64,000 bases of DNA from Alphaproteobacteria bacterium (GTDB lineage Bacteria; Pseudomonadota; Alphaproteobacteria; UBA828), in assembly GCA_965214705.1 (NCBI GenBank), contig OZ243972.1, positions 2,528,001-2,592,000 on the forward strand, in the 5' to 3' direction. Made by a program: the position numbers and the translations under genes. The notes under the pieces were generated by a model, which worked only from the letters and a program-made list of their open reading frames with translations, was not told the origin of the DNA and made no database searches. Of the stretch, positions 57,450 to 64,000 are shown piece after piece (the stretch's first letter is position 1; every line of letters starts with the position of its first letter).

Positions 57450-58319
57450 TCAGGCGGCCGCTGCTTCGGCCTCCCTGTACGCGCGCTCGATCTGTCGCTT
57501 GACCGTTATGACGGCCTCGGAATGAGGGGCCGGCCCCTCCAGCAACTGGATGCTGCCCCTGCCCAGCGGCGGCAGGGTCGAGGGCACGGACATCACGCTC
57601 AATGGCCTGGGTATGGTCCCCTCGGCCATGACGGTGACGCCCATTCCGGCTTCGACCGCAGCCTGGACGATCCGCGGGTCGGCGCTGCGCAGCACCTCGC
57701 GATAGGCGATACCCCGATCCTCAAACGCAGTCGCCGCCGCGGCCTGCAGGAAGCAGTTGTCCGTATTCCAGGCGACCGGGACCGGCATCGACGGGTCGAG
57801 CGCGAAGCCGGGCGCACACACCCAATGAAGCCGTGGGCGACTCAGCACCGCTTCCGCCAGCGCCTTCTCGGTCAACATGACGACGGCGAGATCCAGCGAA
57901 TGGGCCTCGGTCATCTGCTGCAGCCGCCAGCTCGGCAGGCAATGGATGTCGAGCTCGGCAGCGGCGTGGTTTCGCAGCATGTAGCCGAGAAGCTCCGGCA
58001 GAAGCGCCGTCTCGAAGCCCTCGGCAATGCCGAGTCTGACCTCGCCGATGACCCGTTTGGACTGCAAACGCCGCGCCATTCGGTCCTGCAGATCGATGAG
58101 CGAACGGATGTCGGGTAGCAGATCACGCCCTTCCGCCGTCAGGCTCACCTCGTGATGGCCCCGTTCGAACAGCAGGGCGCCGAATGCTTCCTCCAGCTTT
58201 TGGATCCGAACCGACATCGTGGCCTGCGAGCAGCCGATCTGCCGGGCAGCCTTGGAGAAGCTGCCGGTCTCCACAAGACGCAGGAACGAATGAAGCTGCT
58301 TGGTATCCAGGTCGATCAT
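57450..58319 (-). CDS. LysR-family transcriptional regulator
   Basis: GSFSKAA...SQATMS.RIQKLEE, LFER, LTAEG, GEVRLG. Confidence 0.93.
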   Translation of the reverse strand: MIDLDTKQLHSFLRLVETGSFSKAARQIGCSQATMSVRIQKLEEAFGALLFERGHHEVSLTAEGRDLLPDIRSLIDLQDRMARRLQSKRVIGEVRLGIAEGFETALLPELLGYMLRNHAAAELDIHCLPSWRLQQMTEAHSLDLAVVMLTEKALAEAVLSRPRLHWVCAPGFALDPSMPVPVAWNTDNCFLQAAAATAFEDRGIAYREVLRSADPRIVQAAVEAGMGVTVMAEGTIPRPLSVMSVPSTLPPLGRGSIQLLEGPAPHSEAVITVKRQIERAYREAEAAAA

Positions 58320-58528
58320 TCAATTCAGGTATTCCCATATGAACTATAAGTCAACGATTGGCCCCTTTTGGTTAATTGACATGCGCCCGGCGCCTCACCT
58401 GCCCGCAGCGCCCCGTGACCACGCCTGCCGACGTCCTTCGCGGCCGCTAAACGTACTCAAGCGAGCCCTGACGCGGGCGGTCTGCTATACATCCCTAGCG
58501 CACCCATCCGCTCGTTGGCATTTCCCGG

Positions 58529-59521
58529 ATGATCACGACTCCTCCCTGCATTCTCGTCACCCACGACCCGCCGCCGGAGGCGCGCGCCGCCTATCGCCAG
58601 CAGCTCGGCTCCCAATCCGAATTGCTTTTCAAACCCGATCTCTCGCCTGAGAGCTGGGACGCGGCGCGGGCGCGGGCGCGTGTGCTGATCGCCCTGAATC
58701 CCCGGATCGAGATCACGGCCGACGATGTCGCAGCGATGACGTCGCTCGGCTTCGTGCAGCTCTTGACCGCAGGCGTCGATCACGTGCCGCTGCATCTCTT
58801 TCCGCGCGATCTGCCCATTGCCTCGAACGCGGGCGCCTACGCCGGCCCGATGGCGGAGTTCGTGCTGGCCATCACGCTGGCCGCGGTCAAGCGCCTGCCA
58901 GTCGAGCACCAGGAGATGCGGGAAGGGCGGTTCAACCAGTTCGTCGACAACAAGACGCTCAGGGGAGCCGCTTGCGCGATCCTCGGCTTCGGCGGCGCCG
59001 GGCGCGCCGCAGCCCAGCTGTTCCGGGCGCTGGGTGCAGAAATCCACGCCATCAACCGCAGCGGCGAGACCGATGAGGAGGTGGCGTTCATCGGCACCGT
59101 GGCGGCGCTGGAAGATGTGCTCCGCCGCGCCGATGTCGTCGTCGTCTCGATGTCGCTGACCGGCGCGACGGCGGGGCTGATCGGCGCGCGCGAGCTCGGC
59201 TGGATGAAGGAGGACGCGATCCTGGTCAATGTCGCGCGCGGCGAGATCATCGACCAGGACGCGCTCTATCGCCACCTGGTCGAAAACGAGCGGTTCTTCG
59301 CGTGCCTTGAATCGTGGTGGATCGAGCCGGTGCGGCATGGCGTGTTCCGCATCGAACACCCGTTCCTCGACCTGCCCAACGTGATCGCCGCGCCACATAA
59401 CTCGGCGAGCGTGGCGGGCGCGCAGGTTGAGGCGATGCGCCAGGGCGCACGCAACGTGCGCCGATGGCTGGACGGCGAGGTGCCCCGAAACCTGCTCGGC
59501 GCTGACGAACGCGGAGGCTGA
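58529..59521 (+). CDS. D-isomer-specific 2-hydroxyacid dehydrogenase family
   Basis: TAGVDH, MAE, ILGFGGAG, LVNVARG, W.EP, APH. Confidence 0.9.
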   Translation: MITTPPCILVTHDPPPEARAAYRQQLGSQSELLFKPDLSPESWDAARARARVLIALNPRIEITADDVAAMTSLGFVQLLTAGVDHVPLHLFPRDLPIASNAGAYAGPMAEFVLAITLAAVKRLPVEHQEMREGRFNQFVDNKTLRGAACAILGFGGAGRAAAQLFRALGAEIHAINRSGETDEEVAFIGTVAALEDVLRRADVVVVSMSLTGATAGLIGARELGWMKEDAILVNVARGEIIDQDALYRHLVENERFFACLESWWIEPVRHGVFRIEHPFLDLPNVIAAPHNSASVAGAQVEAMRQGARNVRRWLDGEVPRNLLGADERGG

Positions 59522-59681
59522 GGAGCCAGGCGTCGGTTCGCGCCCAAGCGTGGGCCATTGCTGCGGATGCAGGGCGGGTGCCGCCACCAATCCGGCAGCC
59601 GGATATGCGGGTCAGGAAACGAACGCGATGCCGTCCACGTCCGCCGCTACGCCGTCATCGGCGGCGGCCGAAGCGGGGTCG

Positions 59682-60935
59682 TCATCGATACGTCTGATCG
59701 TCCCGCCCCACGGCCTCATGCAGCCCAGCCACGAATGACGACAGGCCGGCGGTGCGGAGCGGCACGAAAGGCTTGGCGGCTTGCTTGCAGAGCGCCTTGG
59801 CCTTGAGGCAGGCGCCGTGGCCGACGCAATCGACGGGGCAGAGCACCACGTCCGCCTGGCTGAGCACGCCGCCCAGGCGCCCGATGTTGTCGTCGACCCC
59901 GCCGTCGTGGTGGCTGAAACGGCCGTTCAGGCTCTCAACCACAGCACGGAAGCGGCCGACCGCGTTGGCTCTTCCGCCGACGTAGGCGATGCGGCGGCCG
60001 CAGAGGTCGATTGCGGGTGTTTCCGCTTGTGCCAGGGTGGTCTCTCCGTCGACGTCCGCCCTTACCAACGTCTCCAGCGCCGCACATTCGTCGCGGAGAG
60101 CTTCAAGGCTGGCAGCCGCCTCCCGGTAGGCGGGCCGTAGCTCCGACAGCTCCCGCTCCAGGTTGTCGCAGCGGTGCCGCGCCCTCTCGCCCTCCCGCCG
60201 TGCGTCTTCCAACTCCGCCGCAAGCGTCTCGTTGGTGCGCTCCAGGGTGCTGTGCGCCTCGCCGCTCTCGTATTCGCGGAGCCGGGTCTCAGCTGCCGCG
60301 AGCGCCTCGCCGGCCGCTTCGGCAGCTCTGAGCCGGCTCTCCAAGGCCGCCCTTTCGTCCACATGCCGTGCCGCCGTCTGCCTGTGCTCGGCGGCCTGAG
60401 CCGCGAGATTGCGCTTGGCCTCGGCGAGTGCGGTCTCCAGGCTTTGCAGCCTCTTCGCATTGGCCCGATTGGCTGAGCCGGTCAGGTGCGAGAGCATGTG
60501 CACGTCGCCGAAGGCCCGGACGATCAACCGGTCCGTCACGAGCGGGTGCGTCACCAACGCCCAGTAGGGTCCGGGGATGTCGCCCTTGTCGACGGCGCGG
60601 GACCAGAACGCATCCAGGCTCTCCTCGCACCGCGCCATCTGGGAGGTGTGAATGGCGGCCCGGTACTTGGCATCGAGCGCCTTGTGCATCAGCCGCGCGA
60701 GCCGGTCCGGCTCCTCAGCCCGGTGCACGAAGTAGTTGTGCACATCGTACTCGGTCGCCTGCTCTGCGGGCACGAATCCGGCCTTGCGGCCGATCTTGAG
60801 CAGGTCGGCATAGCTGAGGCAGGTTCCGAGAATGCTGCAATGCAGGTCCGGCCGGATCTCCCACAGCTTGCGGCGTTGCCCTTGCGCCGATGGGGACGGG
60901 GCAATGCAGGGTTCGCACATGGCGGGATTGTCCAT
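59682..60935 (-). CDS. DUF2325 domain protein with coiled coil
   Basis: RRKLWEI...HCSILGTC, GPYWALVTHP, FGDVHMLSH, coiled coil, YVGGR, HHDGG, CPVDCVGH.AC. Confidence 0.85.
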   Translation of the reverse strand: MDNPAMCEPCIAPSPSAQGQRRKLWEIRPDLHCSILGTCLSYADLLKIGRKAGFVPAEQATEYDVHNYFVHRAEEPDRLARLMHKALDAKYRAAIHTSQMARCEESLDAFWSRAVDKGDIPGPYWALVTHPLVTDRLIVRAFGDVHMLSHLTGSANRANAKRLQSLETALAEAKRNLAAQAAEHRQTAARHVDERAALESRLRAAEAAGEALAAAETRLREYESGEAHSTLERTNETLAAELEDARREGERARHRCDNLERELSELRPAYREAAASLEALRDECAALETLVRADVDGETTLAQAETPAIDLCGRRIAYVGGRANAVGRFRAVVESLNGRFSHHDGGVDDNIGRLGGVLSQADVVLCPVDCVGHGACLKAKALCKQAAKPFVPLRTAGLSSFVAGLHEAVGRDDQTYR

Positions 60936-61005
60936 TATTGTGCAGTCCGGTCATCGCCGAGGCGGTGCTCGCCGCCTGCGGCAATAGAGCGGATGGACCG
61001 GCTTG

Positions 61006-61041
61006 GGGGCCGCCCCGCAGGGGGTTGAGCGGGGCGGCCCC
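61006..61041 (-). terminator. 13-bp GC stem-loop downstream of the imelysin gene
   Basis: GGGGCCGCCCCGC / GCGGGGCGGCCCC; no clear U tract. Confidence 0.5.
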
Positions 61042-61084
61042 GGTCTGCCGTGCTGCTCTGCTCAGCAGACCGCCGGGAAAGCGC

Positions 61085-62344
<1,260 letters not shown>

Positions 62345-62368
62345 CGTCAGTACTCCTTCTTCAATGCT

Positions 62369-63418
62369 CTAGAACTCGGCCGCGAGCAGTACGGTAACGG
62401 CGGCGTCGGCGTCGTCCGCGCCGTAGGCTTCGCTCTGCGACCATTCGAGGCCGATCCCGACGCCATCCCAGACGCCCACGGAGATCCCGAGAAGCATGAG
62501 TGTCTCCGCCAGCTCTGCGGCCTCGCCGTCATCCGTTCCGCCTCCCCCGATGGCGAGGGTTGCTTCCCTGCCCATCAAGTCGAAACCGTAGGCAATCTCG
62601 GCACTCCAGGCCGTCGGTGTTGCCCCGTCCTCCGGCGTTTCGAGGGTGGTCACGTACTCGACCAGTGCCGACGCGGGGCCGAGACTGCCGCGAGCGCTGA
62701 CAGCCATGCCCTGGACGTCAATTTCATTGCCGATGCCGGTGATCCACGACACGTCGAGGCCGAACTCCGTCCCGTCGCCCTCCACGGCGAAGCCGACGGC
62801 GGCGCCATAATTCTCGGCGATTTCACCCTCCTCGGGTTGGAGGGCAAAGAGGTTCCAGTTCAACTGGCCGGCCTCGCCGCCGAGCACCAGCGACACCCCA
62901 TCTGTGTCACCGAGGTCCTTCGTGAGCGGATCGGTAATCAGGTTGGTGTCGTAGACGCCGAAGGGCACACCCTGCTGGCCCATCGCGGCGGAAAGTCCGC
63001 CACTCGCCGGCTCGTAAGTCAGGAACGCGTCGGCGAGCGCAATTGTGCCCTCGTCGTTCTCCACGACGATCTCGCCGCCCCACTCGTCGTTGATCGCAGC
63101 CGCAATGGCGAGCTCTGCCGTGTCCACGCTCCCCGTTGTACTGCTGTCACCCTCGGCCGGGCTCTCGCCAACCAACAGGAGCTCGATGGCGCCGCCGATC
63201 TCTACGCTGTTGAACCAGCCGTCGGAGAGAGCAGCCATCTCGCCTTCTTTCTCGACGATCATCTGGTCCTGAGAGGCAATACGATCCTCCAGGTACTCGA
63301 TGCGCTGTTCCATGGTCGCGAGCTTGTCCTCGACCATGTCGTCCGCCATCGCCGGCGCGTTCCAAGCGAGCGCCGCGACGGTCGCCACGCCCAATCCTGT
63401 CAAACCTATACGCTTCAT
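62369..63418 (-). CDS. Outer-membrane porin, LbtU-like
   Basis: Signal peptide, N-terminal coiled coil, GQQGVPFGVYDTNLITDPLT, terminal Phe. Confidence 0.75.
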   Translation of the reverse strand: MKRIGLTGLGVATVAALAWNAPAMADDMVEDKLATMEQRIEYLEDRIASQDQMIVEKEGEMAALSDGWFNSVEIGGAIELLLVGESPAEGDSSTTGSVDTAELAIAAAINDEWGGEIVVENDEGTIALADAFLTYEPASGGLSAAMGQQGVPFGVYDTNLITDPLTKDLGDTDGVSLVLGGEAGQLNWNLFALQPEEGEIAENYGAAVGFAVEGDGTEFGLDVSWITGIGNEIDVQGMAVSARGSLGPASALVEYVTTLETPEDGATPTAWSAEIAYGFDLMGREATLAIGGGGTDDGEAAELAETLMLLGISVGVWDGVGIGLEWSQSEAYGADDADAAVTVLLAAEF

Positions 63419-63550
63419 CGGTCGTCCCCTTTGCTGCAGCTAGCGCGGTGTTGCCAACGCTGGCCGGCAGCGAACCGACCTACCGCCGAGGGATGCGATA
63501 CCCCTCGCGCGGCTATCCTCCCACGCGTGGCGGCGTTGACAGCCTTATCC

Positions 63551-63620
63551 TGCGACTGATAATCGTTCCTAGAATGCTCGTCAACCTAATTGCGAAAGAT
63601 TCTCAGTGTTATTCTCAAAT
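63551..63620. promoter_or_regulatory. Fur-like iron boxes in the divergent promoter
   Basis: TGCGAAAGATTCTCA (63591-63605, near 7-1-7 TGAGAATnATTCTCA), second ATTCTCA half-site (63611-63617), TGATAATCGTT (63557-63567). Confidence 0.55.
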
Positions 63621-63686
63621 CGTTTCAGCACCGAGCTAGGCGTCGGCCGCGCCCAGATTGCGAGAGCGGCCCGGCCCGCGACGCGG

Positions 63687-64000
63687 GTGCTCGCCGGCGC
63701 GGTCGTGCTCGTGGCCGTGGCTCACGCCCTGCCGGCAGCGGAACCGAAGGACGAGCGGGCGCGCATCGCGGCGGTCACGCAGCCCACGCAGAATTTCTCC
63801 AAGGCCGAGCCCTACGAGCGCAGGCCGGCGGGCGCGGCGACGGTGTTCAAGCGGCTGAATCGGGACGCGTTTTCGCACCCCTCCGCCAATATGCCTTTCA
63901 AACTCCAGCGCGACTTCAGGGTCGGCAACGGCATCTTCAGAAAAATCTGGGTGTCGGCGCCAAGCTCGACCACCTCGTCGGACGGCCTCGGCCCGCTCTT
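63687..64000 (+). CDS. Di-haem oxidoreductase (DUF1111) family, 5' part only
   Basis: Not in the ORF track; frame reads AFSHPSANM...FRVGNGIFRKIWVSAPSSTTSSDGLGPL; usual partner of imelysin; start codon uncertain. Confidence 0.85.
   Translation, partial: MLAGAVVLVAVAHALPAAEPKDERARIAAVTQPTQNFSKAEPYERRPAGAATVFKRLNRDAFSHPSANMPFKLQRDFRVGNGIFRKIWVSAPSSTTSSDGLGPL

Overview
High-GC bacterial DNA, probably from an alphaproteobacterium (phaR, REP-like palindromes) and possibly a sponge symbiont (swf-type PKS). In order: (1-7.4 kb) a mobile/decayed zone with an IS91-like transposase plus tyrosine integrase, two GT2 paralogues (one broken), an intact DUF4338-ISAs1 element nested in an older ISAs1 remnant, and a truncated flavin monooxygenase; (7.4-14 kb) a family-5 ABC importer and an orphan CoA-transferase beta subunit; (14-25 kb) an hmfABCDE-like furoate catabolic operon running directly into larC-larE-larB (nickel-pincer cofactor synthesis) with no larA, interrupted by hicBA and preceded by a dienelactone hydrolase-SnoaL fusion; (25.5-38 kb) a swfA/swfB PKS + reductase-sulfotransferase pair inside a split AmmeMemoRadiSam locus; (38-52 kb) a tacAT-type module, dehydrogenases and a hydantoinase/oxoprolinase cluster (A-B fusion, small Cys-rich protein, one A, tandem-duplicated B); (52-64 kb) phaR, yceIJ, carbonic anhydrase, GFA, MOSC, a MITE, LysR, and an iron-uptake locus (DUF2325, imelysin, LbtU-like porin, di-haem protein). 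No rRNA, tRNA or CRISPR array was seen. Best candidates for undescribed systems are the hmf-lar operon, the swf-AmmeMemoRadiSam composite and the multi-subunit hydantoinase/carboxylase-like cluster. All family calls are motif recognition by eye, not database searches.
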